Below are positions 13,010 through 27,163 of a stretch of DNA of 64,000 nucleotides, piece after piece. The number at the start of each line of letters is the position of its first letter. Positions within the stretch are counted from its first letter, which is position 1. The notes beneath the pieces are model-generated. The model was not told the DNA's origin and made no database searches. It saw only the letters and a list, made by a program, of their open reading frames with translations. Location of the stretch: the NCBI GenBank assembly GCA_964016885.1, contig OZ024742.1:81716001-81780000 (forward strand). Reading direction: 5' to 3'. The position numbers and the translations under genes are program-made. Source of the stretch: Eledone cirrhosa (Eukaryota).

Positions 13010-16000
13010 ACATTACACCCAAACATTCACCAAATTCCACACATACAAATCACTCGAATCACACAGAAAAGGTACACGACACTAAAATTAAAATTCTCCA
13101 AGGACATCGGAGACTTCCGACAAACACTCTCCAGCAGGATTTATAGAGACATCCTTCCGGAGGAGGCCACACACAGTGAGAAGGACGCAAAAACCATCCT
13201 TCCTCAACAAAAAGTGAGGTAAATGGTCTTTCCCATCTTTTTCCACTCCTTTTCAACATGACATCACTCAGAATAGGCAGCATAAATGCGCGTGGCCCAG
13301 GGTTGTCATGGTGGAGGGCCACTTGCTCAACGATCTCAGGTCACTAAACATAGATGTGGTGGCCATCAGCGAGACCAGACTCTCCGAAACACGAGCCTTC
13401 TCACCGTTCATCGTCGGCTATGATGTATACGCATCTACCAGCCGTCCAGGATCGGGGGAGGAGTTGCTGTGCTTTTTCGGAGAGGTTTGAATCTCGCCAT
13501 ACGGACCATCTTCCTGGACCCAGGAGGTAAGTTGGTGGTGCAGGTCGTTACCAGCAGAGACGGGCAAGTGTTCATGCTAGTGGCCGGCTATGCCCCGACA
13601 GGAGCAGGGTGGTCTGATTATTTATGCGTCTGGAGACCTTTCTTGGAACGTCACGCTCTTTAGTGTTAGAGGACGACTGAAAAGGGATCTAAGATGCACG
13701 CTTTGACTGTGTGGCATTAGCGGGAGGAGGGTGTAAAAGCCTCGCACACCTGCTCAGACGGTTTCAACTGTCTGATAGGTACCGTCTGGATGTCCCGAAT
13801 GTGCCAATGTGGACATGGACAAACCGTATGGGGTCATCCAGATTATGTCTATATAGTGTATTGTGTAGGGAATAGGTAGGTATAGCATAGTGTCCACATT
13901 TAAAAATAGTCGAGTAAACGGACCACAGAATCCTGATCTGTGTGGTTGACTTGGATAGGCTTCATAGACAGGGACCCCGCTACTGAAGCTAAATGTGATG
14001 TTAACAGCGTACAAGGCCTATAGAGACCGGATTAGCGAACTAGTTAAGCGGGCGTTGAAGGTGGCCATCGTCAACAACAAATGGTGATTTTCTCTGAAAA
14101 GAGCGATAAAATAGAGTCCATTAGGACTAGTAAGGCTTTAGCAATAGAAAAAGATAGAACAGAGGGAGAACAAGTTAGAAAATTAGACGAGCCCCCTAGA
14201 AAAGAAATCGCGACTATTGTACTTGCGGCGAAATTGGCCCTTGACATATTCTTCAATGCAAAGCACGATGACTGTCTTGTCAGAGTTAGGATGCGTGCTC
14301 TCAGATACGAGGGGACGAAAGCCGTTCAATGGGCCCGAGTGGCGGAGGCGCGTCGTGGCAACAAACCCACGATCCGTCCTTTGGTGGACCACGAGAGGCG
14401 CATGCTACTCGATCCCGGGGAAATGTGTGAAGCTTTTCAGCGAAGTTGGCATATCAATGGATGGGCTTCAGTGTCTACCTCGACAGACTGCCACGGCTCT
14501 CGGCCACTGAGTCGGAGTGTTGCGAAAAGTCGATAACAGCCGCTGAAGTACGGGAGGCAATGACTGACTGTACAAGGGGTAAATCGCCTGGTTTGGATCG
14601 TCTGCCCTACGAACTTTACGTACACATCGCAGACTTGTTCAGAGGCCTCTTGGCGGACATCTACTGCAACTGGAAACAGAAAGAGAGAATTCCCAGCTCT
14701 GTGAGCCGAGGAGCGGTGGCACTGCTGAGAAAGGATCCGAAAAGGGGGGATAACATAGATAATGTCAGGCCCATAACTCGGCTAAACGCAGATTTCAAGA
14801 TTTTGGTCAAGGTGCTAGCAAAGAGGTTGGCGCTTGTCGTTGGTGGTCTGGTAGGAGAGGCGCAGACATGCGCCATTCCCGACAGATTCATCCACGACTA
14901 CCTCCACCTCAATCGATACATCGTGGAGCGGGTAGCTACGGAACCTGGCATGGGTGGGTCCTTGATCAATTTATATCAGTCGAAAGCTTTCGATAGGGTC
15001 GACCATCGTTATCTGGCGGCAGTCCTGAGGGCGGCTAGCTTTAGGCGCGTCTTCAGAGGCTAGATCGCTGCCATGCAAAGCCACATCTGCTATGTGGTGA
15101 GAGTGAACGGTCTCCTTTTGGAATCGTTCAACATCATGCGCTCGGTCTGCCAAGGATGTCCCCTCTCGTCCCTGTTGTACGTATTGACTCTCGTGCCATT
15201 ACTGCACAAACTGGAGACGTTGAGGGGCGTCCCGCACGAACTAGGATGCTTGTCAGCATATGCGCACGATGTCACTGTAGAGGTGTCGCACGCCAAACAC
15301 ATCGAGGCGATCGGCACTACACTTAGAGAATACGAAGCGGTGACAGGGGCAATGATCAACCAGGAAAATTCGGTGGGCCTGCAGCTCGGCACCTGGAGAG
15401 GCAGGTCCATGTCGTCCAACTGCGTCGTCGGGCGCTGGACGGACGGACCGGTTAAATTGTTAGGGGTCTGGTTCGGTCCGGACCTCCAGTCGGACAAAGA
15501 CTGGAACGAGGTGATGAGCGGGGTATCTTCTCTCACCCAGAAATGGGCGGAGAGGAAGCTATCCCTGAAAGGTCGAGCGGAGGTGGCTAACGCGTACATC
15601 GCGTCCGTCATCTACTACCACCTGACCGTCGTACCTTGTCCTAAGACTCGCCTGGCTGCGCTGGAGCGTTTTATCTTTCGCATTGTGTGGAAGGGACGCG
15701 CTCCGATGGTCAGGCGGTTCATCTGCTGTCAACACCCGCTACGTGGAGGGCTGGGCAAGCCGTGGCTAATGATGCGCAGATACGCGCTCATGGTACGACA
15801 TCTCGACCTCTTCCTCGACGCTGATCAGGTGTGGTCGCCGTTTGCTAGACGCGTCTTTTCCCAGCTCATCTCCTTGACGAGCTCCAGTCCTGGGTCAAGC
15901 GAAGACCGAGAGGGAGCACTTGAAGACTGGAATGTCTTCAGCGCTCACATCCCTTGGCCAATTGGGCCGATCATAGGTGTAGTTTCCACCGATCATATTG

Positions 16001-16520
16001 ATCATATTGATCGGTGGAAACTACACCTTGGCGTTCTATAGAGGATTAGTGGAGGGGAAGATCGACGACGAAAATCAACTAGCCAATCTCTTTGGAAGTA
16101 ATATCGGGCCGGGGCCTATGGACAACTTCCAGAAATCGCTGACCTGGCAGTGCTACCAAAGATCTTTGCCAGTTCGGGATAAACTCTACAGACATGGAGG
16201 TGCCATCAGTCGGGCATGTCCGAGATGCGCGCAGGGCGACGAAATTGTCCTGCATGCACTCGTACAGTGTCCGAGCATTGCTGACTTGTGGGTTTATGTC
16301 GAACACCTGCTGTCGCGTGTAGAACGGATCCGACTATCAGCTGAGTCCATCGTGAGGATTGCCCCACCCTCTTCCTATAGCCGGGAAGGATAGGCAGTTT
16401 TATTTATCTGTCTGGTATCCATGGCGAAATGGTATAGTATGGTGGACACGTCTCAAAGTGATGCACCTGATCGGTGATGCCCTGATTATCATATTCCAAT
16501 TTCACTTGAAAAGGAAAATA
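13010..16520 (+). mobile_element. Tx1/L1-clade non-LTR retrotransposon (ORF1 tail + decayed APE-RT ORF2)
   Basis: APE start LRIGSINARG and DVVAISETR, RT GKSPGLD, RPIT.LNADFKI, QSKAFDRVDH and QGCPLS, C-terminal CPRC...H..VQC. Multiple frameshifts and stops. Confidence 0.92.
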
Positions 16521-18981
16521 TCCTAACTGAATATGCATATTCTTCATATACGTGCTAACAAATGATCTATTTTCTAATGAGCAGAAAGGATATAAACGAG
16601 GCTCATATGGCTGTAAGGACAAGCTTTTGATTAACAAAATGTTTCTAGAAGTGATGTTTTGGGATTTTCAAAATACCTTCGTTATCAGGAGGTTTCTATA
16701 ATTCAGTATGAACGCATGGAAAACAACATTCATTTTGAACAGTGAAAAAAATCACTGGAAAGTGGAGAAGTTAATAACAATTATTGAACTTTTCAAGGTC
16801 ATTCTTTATCGCCGCCTTTATTCTGCATCGCGCTTATACCATTAAGTAAATTGCTCAATGAAACATGGATATAAAGTCTATGAAAATACCTTTAATCAGT
16901 TGATCTAGATGGATGAACTTAAGAAATGATGAGCAATTGCAAGGGCTATTATCCACTCTAAAGCAGTTCAGTGATGACATTAAAATGAAGTTTGGACTAA
17001 ATATATGAACCAAAGCCACGTTCACCAGAAGAAAGTTGTGATAAGTTCAGACATTAATCTTGATCGGCGGAATCTGATAAGATAACTGAATCAAGATGTA
17101 ACTAATAAATAGCTAGGTGTTTGTGAAGGAGACGGAATCAAGTGCTCGACAGTGAGGAAAAGGATAAGGAAGGAATGTTACCGCAGAGTAAGACCAAATT
17201 TAAGAACGGAGTTGAATGCAAAATGTAGGATCAATGCCATAAACACATTTACCATACGAGTAGTAACCTACAGTTACAACAACTGATCAAGCACAGTGAT
17301 CCGTAAACTCGATACGAAAAGTAGAGAATTCTTAACCATGCACAGAATGCATCACCCTAAGGCAGATACAGATGGAATATATCTCCCTAGGAAAGAATGA
17401 GGTCGTGGATTAATCCAGTTCGATATTTCTTTGAAAGCTGCAACAATTGGATTATCTACATATGTAAGAGAATCACATGATTGGATGATCAAACTCATTT
17501 TGTAACATGAACGCAATTAAAGATCATACTCCATGCAAAGATCATACTCCATTGCAAAATATGGACATATATACAATAATGAACTACACATTTCAGAAGT
17601 TTCCTTTACGGTTGAAATGAAAAATACAGAAAAAGCAAAGCAGGTAAAAGTAACTTGCTAACAAAGAACTGCTATAGAAACTGGCAAGAAAAGCCTCTGT
17701 ATGAAAATACCCAGAAAGAGCTAACAATCATAATAAACATAATAAAAAATGGATGCAACCCCTTATGCCGTGTATGTAATAAACAACCAGAGACCATTGA
17801 TCATATAATTTCAATGTGCAGTCCTATAGCTCCAACCGAATACCTAAACAGGCATGACAGAGCTGCACAATACATAAATTGGATAATGTGTAAGCATTTT
17901 GACCTGCTCCATCAAAAGAATTGGTGGGAGCATCAACCACCTCCCATACTTGAAAAAGATCACATCTCTATCTTGTGGAACATTAGCATCCAAACAGACC
18001 GAAAATAGATGCATATAGACTTGATATAATACTGATGGACTTTCAAAAGAGGGTATGCCTGCTAATTGATATGTCCGTTCCAATAAACAAGAATGTATCT
18101 ATAAAAACATTTGAAAAATTGAGCAAGTATAAGGACCTGGAGAAATTGGAAAAATGTGGAAATTCAGTTCGAATTCTCTGGACTTAAATACGATTTATAT
18201 CAGCACAAGATCAGTGTCTGTCAAATAAAAAAAGAATATTAGGCCAACAGCATAACAAGTGATGCAAACCATTATGCCGTGTATGTAAAAGACAACCAGA
18301 GACCATTCATCATATAATTTCAATGTGCAGTCCTATAGCTCTAACCGAATACCTAAACAGGCACCACAGAGTGGCACAATACATACATTGGTTAAGGTGT
18401 AAGCATTTTGATATGACCCATCAAAAGAAATGGTGGGATCATCAACCAACTCGCGTAATTGAAAAAACTCACTGATCAATTTTGTGGAACTTTAGGGTCC
18501 AAGCAGACCGAAAAATAGATGGAAATAGACATGATATAGTACTGAAGGACCTTAAAAAGAGGGTATGCTTTGTAATAAACATTACGATTCTAATCGACAT
18601 TAGTACATCTATAAAAACATTTTAAAATCGAGCAAGTATAAAAACTTCGAAATAGAGATTGGAAAAATGTGGATGGTGAGAACTAAAACCCTTGGTTGTA
18701 AGCGCTCTAGTATTGATACTAAAACGGTCAAATGATTACTCAACCCAAATGCCAGGGAACTTGCGTAAAGAATAAATACAAAATATAGTACTAATGGGAA
18801 CTGCCTATATACCAAGGAATATTAAGTCAATAAACATACATCACAAGTGTAAACACGTAAAGCTACATGTGTGCGCGTGTGTGTATTTTTTTTCTTGAAC
18901 ATGGCGGACCTTGTTCTCTCTTGAGGTCAGTGGTTGTGACTAGGTGATAACTTGTATGAACATAAAGTAAGAAAAAAGAAA
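16521..18981 (+). mobile_element. Decayed R4/Dong-clade RLE retrotransposon with internal duplication of the CCHC/RLE region
   Basis: EQKG..RGSYGCKDKLLINK, MHHPKAD...Y.PRK..GRGL and CRVCNKQPETIDHIISMC. ~17750-18150 is repeated at ~18260-18670. Ends at (AAT)n. Confidence 0.85.
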
Positions 18982-18988
18982 TAATATA

Positions 18989-19018
<30 letters not shown>

Positions 19019-19019
<1 letters not shown>

Positions 19020-22000
19020 TTTTCTTTATTAACCACAAGGGTTTACATAAAGTAGACATTAAGGACAGTACAGGACAATACAGGACGGTACAAATGGGCA
19101 TTTCTGCGTGTAAACAAACAGAGGATGTAATAAAATAAAAAATAAAAATTCCCCAATAGGGGGGAGACTTCCGAGGGACATTTGTGGAGAAAGCCCATTA
19201 AAAGACCACAGTGAACCTGACCACCAGGGCAAGTGCCCTCTCCCAGTTGTCCACCTTTAATTTACAGACACATACTCAGAGGAGGCCCATTCTTTCGGGC
19301 CATACTTGCTTCTCTCACCCATCTTTCAACAAAATGCTGGGAAGAGAGCACTTCCCTCTCTACCCTGATTTTCCTTTTCAAATGAAATTTGAAAAAGTTA
19401 ATCAGGGCATCACCGAAGAGGTAAGTGCTCGTCTTCAACCCTTTCAAACGTGTCTACCATTCTATCTCTTTCGCATTGGCCACCAGACAGATAAAAATTT
19501 CCTGCCCTTCCCGGCTAAAGGTAGAGGGTGGGGTAATCCTCACGATGGACTCAGATGATAGCTGGATTCGTCCTACACATGACAGCAGGTGTTCGACATA
19601 AACCCACAAGTCAGCAATGCTCGGACACTGGACGAGTGCGTGCAGGACGGTTTCGTCGCCCTGTGCGCATCTCGGACATTCCCGGTTGACGGCACCTCCA
19701 TGCCTGTAGAGTTAATCCCGAACTGGCAAAGCTCCCTGTTAGCACTGCCAGGCCAGGGATTTCTGGAAGTTGTCCATAGGCCCCGGCCCGAAAGTCCTTC
19801 CGAAGAGATTGGCTAGTTGATTTTCCTCGATTCCTAGAGTTTCTCCAAGTACGTCGTCGCTCTTCCCCTCCACTAATCCGCTATAGAACGCCAAGGTGGA
19901 GTTTCCACCGATCACATTGCCGGATTGGTCGAGGGCTGTGATCGCCTGAAGACATTCCAGTCTCCAAGCGCTCCCTCGCGGTCTTCGCTTGACCCAGGAC
20001 TGCAGCTCTGTCAAGGAGACGAGCTGGGGAAAAACGTGTCTAGCAAACGGCGACCACACCTGATCACCGTCGAGAAAGAGGTGGAGATGTCGTAGCCTGA
20101 GCGCGTGTCTGCGCATCATCAACCACGGCATGCCCTGTCCTCCACGTAGCGGGTGTTGATAGCAGATGGACCGCCTGACCATCGGAGCGCGTCCCTTCCA
20201 CAAGAAGCGAAAGAGCAAACGCTCCAGCGCAGTCAGGCGGGGCTTAGGACAAGGTACGACGGTCAGGTGGTAGTAGATGACGGATGCGATGTACGCGTTA
20301 TCCACCTCCACCTGACCTTTCAGGGATAGCTTCCTCTCAGCCCATTTCTGGGTGAGAGAAGCCACCCTGCTCGTCACCTCGTCCCAGTTTTTGTCCGTCT
20401 GGAGGTGTGGACCGAACCAGACCCCTAGCAATTTAACCGGTCCGTCCGTCCAGCGCCCGACGACGTTGTTGGACGGCATCGACCTGCCTCTCCGGGTGCC
20501 AAGCTGCAGGCCCACTGACTTTTCCTTGTAGATCATTGCTCCTGTCACCGCTTCGTATTCTCTTAGTGTAGTGCCGATCGCCTCGATGTGTTTGGCGTTC
20601 GACACCACTACGGTGACATCGTCCGCATATGCTGACACGGATCTTTCGCATCCTAGTTCGCGCGGGACCCCCTCAACGTCACCAGTTTGTGCAGTAATGG
20701 CTCGAGAGTCAATACGTACAATAGGGACGAGAGGGGACATCCTTGGCGGACCGAGCATGACGTTGAACGGTTCCGAAAGGTGACCGTTCACTCTCACTAC
20801 AGAGCAGATGTCGCTGTTCATGGCAGCGATCCGGCCTCTGAAGACGGGCCCAAAGCCAGCCGCCCTCAGGACTGCCACTAGGTAACGATGGTCGACCCTA
20901 TCGAAGGCTTTCGACTGATCTAAATTGATCAATGACCCACCCGTGCCAGGTTCCCTAGCTACCCTCTCTACGATGTATCGCATGAGGTGGAGGTTGTCGT
21001 GGATGGATCTGTCGGGAATGGCGCATGTCTGTGCCTCACCCACCAGACCACCAACGACAAGCGCCAACCTCTTTGCTAGCACCTTGGCCAAAACTTGAAC
21101 TCTGTGTTTAGCAGAGTTATGGGCCTAAAATTATCTATGTTAACCCCCTTGTTCGGATCCTTTCTCAGCAGCGCCACCACTCCTAGGCTCACAGAACTTG
21201 GAATTCTCCCGTTCTGTTGCCAGTTGCAGTAGACGTCCGCCAAGAGGCCTCCGAACAAGTCTGGAATTTGTACGTAAATTTCATAGGGCAGACCATCCAA
21301 ACCAGGCGATTTACCACTTGTGCAGCCAGTCATTGCCACCCGTACTTCAGCGGTTGTTATCGGCTTTTCGCAACACTCCGCCTCTCTTCCCCCGAGCATT
21401 TGAGTGAAGTGTCGCTGAAAAGCTTCACACATTTGCCCGGGATCGAGTAGCATGCGCCCGTCGTGGTCCAGTCGGGCCCATTGAACGGCTTTCGTCCCCT
21501 CGTGTCTGAGAGCACGCACCCTAGCTCTGACAACGCAGCCTTCGAGCTTTGCATTGAAGAATTGATCAAGGGCCAATTTCGCCGCAAGTACGTCGGTCGC
21601 GATGCCTTTGCTAAGCGCCTCGTCTAATTTCATAACTAATTCTCCCCCTGCTCTATTGTTCTCTATTGCTAAAGCCTTACTAAACCTAATGGACTCTTTT
21701 CTAATTGCTCTTTTCAGAGCAAACCACCACTTGTTGTTGACGATGGCCCCCGTCAACGCCGCTTAACTAGTTCACTAATCCGGTCTCTGTAGGCCTTGAG
21801 TGCTGGTAAGGACGCGTTTAGCTTCCAGTAGCCGTCTATGAAGCCTATCTAAGTCAAGCACACAGATCACGAATGTGTGGTCCGTGTAGCTGACTATCTT
21901 GAATTGTGGACAGCCTATGCTAGACTTATCTATTTCCCTACAAAATACTCTATCTAGATATGATCTGGATGACCCTATGCGATTTGTCCAAGTCCACATT

Positions 22001-24444
22001 GGTACATTCGGGATTTCCATTCGGTACCTGTCAGACAGTTCAAAACGCCTGAGCAGGTTGCTGAGACTCTTGCACCCTCCTTCCCTATCCACTAATCCCA
22101 CACAATCCCAGCGTGCATCTAAGATCCCGTTCCAGTCGCCCACTAACAATAAAGAGCGGGACGTTCCAAGAAAGGTCTCCAGACGCCGAAAGAAATCAGG
22201 CCGCCCTGCTCTTGTTGGGGCATAGACGGCCACTATACTGAAAGCTTGCCCGACTCCGCTGGTCACGTCCAGCACCACCAACGTACCTTCTGGGTCCAGG
22301 AAGATGGCCCGTATGGCAAGATCCAAACCTCTCCGAAAAAGCACAGCAACTCCTCCCCCCGATCCCGGACGGCTTGGAGATGCGTACACATCGTAGCCGC
22401 CGAAGATCGGTGCGAAGGCCCGTGCTTCGGAGATTCTGGTCTCGCTGATGGCCACTCTACATCTATGTTTAGTGACCTGAGGTCGTTGAGCAGGTGGCCC
22501 TGCTTCCATGACGACCCCAAGCCACGCGCATTTATGCTGCCTATTCTGAGTGAGGTCATGTTGAAAAGGAGTGGAAAAGATGGGAAAGACCACTTACCTT
22601 ACTTCTCGTAGAGGAAGGATGGTTTCCCTATCCTTTTCACTGCTTGTGGCCTCCTCAGGAAGGATGCCTTTATAAATCCTCCTGGAGAGTGCTTGTCGGA
22701 AGTCTCCGATTTCTTTGGGGAATTTTTGTTTTAGTGTCATGTATGTTTTCTGTGTGATGCGAGTGATTTGTATGTGTGGAGGTCGTGTGAACGTTTGGGT
22801 TGTTGTGTAGTCTTTTTCTGTGATGCTGGTGTTATTTTGCATGTAGTGTAATAATTGGTTGTTGTTCAAATTTAATGCTGTGTAGTGTGTATCGTTTTGG
22901 TTGTTTTGTTTTGTTTGTGTTTGTTGTGGGCTTGTTTGTGTTTGTTGTGGTTTTGTTTCTATTTCGCTTTTTGGTGACTTTTGTGGTGCAGGTGATGGTG
23001 GTGTTGGGATTAATGATGGTGATGTTGTTGGTGTTTGGGGTGATGGGGTTGGTGATGCTGGTGTGGATGGTGGCATCCTGTCCTAAACTTTTTTGTTTGA
23101 TAGTTTATTTGTTTCCCCCTGTATTTTGTTTTTGGAGGGGGAAGGAAGAGAATTATTTATTTTTTGGTTTCTTTTTTTCTTTTTTCCTGATACCGTTTAC
23201 CACTCCTCGTCGTCACAATCTCTCTCCAGTTGTGATAGGCCGGGGAGTAGAAAATCATCCACGGGCGTTATTTTTGGTTGTGACGTGGTGGATGGTGTAG
23301 GCGCTGGTGCTAGTTCTGAAGCGTTGGGTGGTGGTGGTGTTGGTTTTGCTACTGTTGCTGGGGTTGTTGCTGTTATAGCTGCTTCTGTTGTTGCTGCTAC
23401 AGTTGTTGCTGCCATCTCTGCTGCTGGTGGTGTTGTTGGTTGAATCACTGGGGTGGGTAGGAGAGGTGGTCTCAACCTTTTAACCTGAGGGCAGAAAGCT
23501 CTTAGGTGGGTTCCTTCAACACAAACGACACACCTAGACCTCCTGCCCTCGACAATTACGGTGAGATGGCTCCCGTCAGTGAGGTCTATTACCTCTGGGA
23601 TCTCCTCAATGCTTTTTTCCACGCGATTTTATATTAATCGTTCGATAAGACACGGTGCATAGGCGCCGATGCTCCATTTTATTAGGTGTATGTGGGTGGT
23701 GGGGGGCGGGGATGAGGCTGACCCTATACCCTTCTGTCTTTACCATTTTTTTGGCTTCTTCTAATTCCTCCTGAGTTACCTGAAATGCTCGGCACTGTTT
23801 TGCTACTCTGGCAAAACTCAGGGTGGTTTTCTTAATGTCATTGTTTCTGTTGTTGTTATCGTTATTTTTGTTATTATTAATTTTAGTTTAAGTTGTGGTG
23901 GTGGTGGCGTCAGTGGTGTTGGGTGTGGAAGCGTTCATTTTGGTTGAATTCATTTCGATATCATGAGTTAATTTATTTTTTTCTTTTGTTTGTTGTCGCG
24001 GTGGGGGTGGGGTGGGGGTGGGGTGGGGGTTGTGGCAGTGGCGGTGGTGCTGTTGGCTTTAACACCTGCAGTCATTGGTAAGGGCGGGAAATGAATGTCT
24101 GCCTGAGACAAATTTAAAATATTGCTACTGCTTATATTTTTAGTGTGGCAAACGTAGTAATATCTACAATGGTGGTGTCGGTGTGAGGTGTTAGTTTGTG
24201 AGAAACGAGTGACACTGAGTCAGCCAAGATTTTTCAAAGAAAACTTTTTTTGTTTGATAATTATAAAAGTTTAAATTTTGGGCTCAATGCCCCAATCTTT
24301 TTGGGTGTCCTTTTCGGAAAACAATGTATGTGCGCTTATATATAGTTAACAATAAACATTTTTCCATATATGGCAATTTTTAACAAACGGAAATAACAAA
24401 CCTTTGCGGAGCTCACGATGATACGATTTAGTACGTAGGTCGCC
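19019..24444 (-). mobile_element. Near full-length Tx1/L1-clade element (ORF1 CCHC; ORF2 APE-RT) with frameshifts
   Basis: ORFs 23197-23622 (CVVCVEGTHLRAFC), 21775-22593 (APE: GDWN, SYLDR, TDH), 21076-21756 and 19739-21091 (YADD). 3-prime AATAAA then (ATT)n. Both ends abut (AAT)n. Confidence 0.95.
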
Positions 24445-24480
24445 AATAATAATAATAACAATAATAATAATAATAATAAC

Positions 24481-25180
24481 GATTTCATTTATTAGCCACA
24501 AGGGCCGACATGTAGGGGACAATACAAAAACAGGGACAGTGGGGGTTTACAATAAGGTGGAGAAAAAGTGAACAATGGCAAGACTAATTTAACAATGAAA
24601 ATATAAAAATATAAAATAAACTATGCCTAAACATAACAAAATTAATTCCCCGATAGGGGGTGGACGACCCTGGGGTGATTCGGGTACCCCACCAATCCTG
24701 AACCACCCTGCGCTTCTAGGGCACCCAGGGAGAGCACCCCTCTCTTCAAATTAGCCTGCCTATAGGCGCATGGTCCGAGTAGGCCACTTCACACGAGCCA
24801 TTCTCGCCACATTCACCCACCTTTTAGCAAATGTACTGGGGGGCAGCACTTCTCTCTCTACCCTCACCTTCCTTTCCAAGTGGAACTTGAAGAAGTTGAT
24901 GAGGGATTGGCCGAAGAGAAAAGTGTCTGTCTTTAGTCCTTTCAACCTGGTCCACCATATAATCTATTTCGCAACTGCTACCAGACAGAGGAACATTTCC
25001 TGCTCTTCCTGACTTAAGGAAGGCGGTGGATCGATCTTCACTATGGACTCGGCCGATAGCCGGATTCGTTCTACACGAGAAATTAGCTGTTCGACATAAC
25101 TCCACAAGTCAGTATTGCACGGACATTGGACAAGTGCGTGCAGAACGGTTTCGTCGTTCTGTGCGCATCTTGGGCAGGTC
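24481..25180 (-). mobile_element. 5-prime-truncated Tx1-like 3-prime end
   Basis: CPRCAQNDETVLHALVQC...RWVNVARMAR, followed by a 3-prime UTR ending aataaatgaaatcg + (ATT)n. Confidence 0.9.
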
Positions 25181-25182
25181 TG

Positions 25183-27125
25183 TAATAATAATAAGTCAAC
25201 AATAACTGCTAAATCAATACCACCCAAGGAGGAAGTGCAAGAATTCTGGGAAAAGATCTGGCCGAAGAAAAAGTTCATAACATACATGTACCATGGATAG
25301 ACAGACAAATGAAAGATACAGCTCACCTTGAGGGAACAAATATGGGAACATATAACAGTTGAACAGTTGCGCTTGGCTCTAAGAAAAACCAGCAAATAGA
25401 AATCCCCAGGAAAAGACAAAATACAAAATGTTTGGATAAATGCCTTCACAGAGTCTCATGAGCTGTTAGCCCAACTTTACAATGAAATAGTTAAGGAGTC
25501 AGAAAAGATACGATCATGGCTAGTTAACGGCATTACATTCCTGCTTCCGAAGAATGATGAGACAAACAATCCCAAACATTACAGACCGATAACTTGCTTG
25601 ACCACAACGTATAACATTTTAATATCAGTCCTAACTGAATATACATATGACCACCTGATATCAAATGACATATTTCCCATTGAGCAGAAAGGGTGTCTAA
25701 CGATGCTCATATGGCTGTAAGGATCAGCTTTTGGTTAACAAAATGATACTTGAAGATTGGCAGAGCAACGAAATCCAGGTACCAACAGGTGAGATGATAA
25801 AGGAAATTGACTCTGAAGAAGGATACAAGTATTTGGGTGTTCTGGAGGCTGATGACATCAAGAACAAACAAATGAAGGAATTGATAAGAACTGAATACAT
25901 TCGGAGAGTAAGGAGCGTATTAAAATCACATCTGAACTGTGGGAATGCCATAAGTGCAGTAGATTCCCGAGCTGTGTCTATTATTAGGTACAGTACGGGA
26001 ATTCTGAGATGGAATGTTGCTGAACAAAAAGAAATGGATAGGAAGACTAGGAAGCTATTGACTATCTACAACATGTTCCACAAGAGGAGTTATGTCGATA
26101 GACTCTACTTAAGGAGATCTGAATGTGGAAGAGGTCTTATCAGCATAGAGGACTCTGTTCAGATGGAGAAAAACAACCTACACAAATACGTGACTGATAG
26201 TAAGGAGCCAATGCTCAGAACTGTACTGAAGGAGAGGACAATAGGCCAGTGGATGTCCAAGGAGGAAATAACATCAAGGAGATAGAGCAACCTTCAGGAA
26301 AAATCCCTTCATAGTACCTTCTTTGAGAAAACTGAATTTAGAGATCCACAGACATGGAACTGGTTGAAAAGAGGAGACCTTAAAAAAGCTACAGAAGGAA
26401 TGTTAATGGCTGCGCAGGAGCAGCCCCTCAAAACGAAGTAGTTGAAACAACATATTTACAGGGAGGAGGCTAGCCCACTGTGCAAGATCTGTGGAGAGAG
26501 AGAGGAGACTGTGGCTCACATTGTATCCGAGTGTAAACACCTAGCCCAAACTCACTATAATGGCTGCAAACATGATGTGATGGGCAGGGTGATCCATTGG
26601 CACCTATGCAAAGTAAACAACTTACCACATTCTGAGGAGTCGTATGAGCATAAGCCAGAGTCGGTGATAGAAAACGATCAGGTGAAGGTGCTGTGGGATT
26701 TTAGGATACAGACGGACAAGAAACTGGAACACAATAGACCTGACCTGGTGGTTGTGGACAACGAAAAAAGATTGTGCCTGATTGTGCATGTGGCCTGCCC
26801 ATTCGACACGACAGTGCAAGAGAAGGAGAGTGAGAAAATTAACCGATACCAGGACTTAAAGTGGGAGGTAAAAATGATTTGGAACTGTCATGAAGTCAAA
26901 GTGATCCCGATAGTCATAGGCGCACTAGGGATTATCTCGAAAGGTTTCCAGGGATGGTTAAAGAAAATTGGCCCCTTCACGCTTTTTGGAAAGCTTCAAA
27001 AGGCATACTTGCTGGGACAGGAAGAACCCTCCGACACGTCCTGAATATCTGAGGCTGCAGGTAGTGGCTTGATATTCATTTCAACAAACTTTCCAGTTAA
27101 CTAACATCAATGACTGAGACTCAAA
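25183..27125 (+). mobile_element. Composite R4/Dong fragment (two subfamilies joined at ~25760)
   Basis: The 5-prime part (KSPGKD, YRPITCL, GCKDQLLVNKMILED) jumps to SNEIQVPTGEMIKEID, which closely matches 29560-30920. RLE motif RPDLVV..V.VACP..EKINRY. Confidence 0.88.
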
Positions 27126-27163
27126 GAATAATAGTAATACTAATAATAATAATAATAATAATA

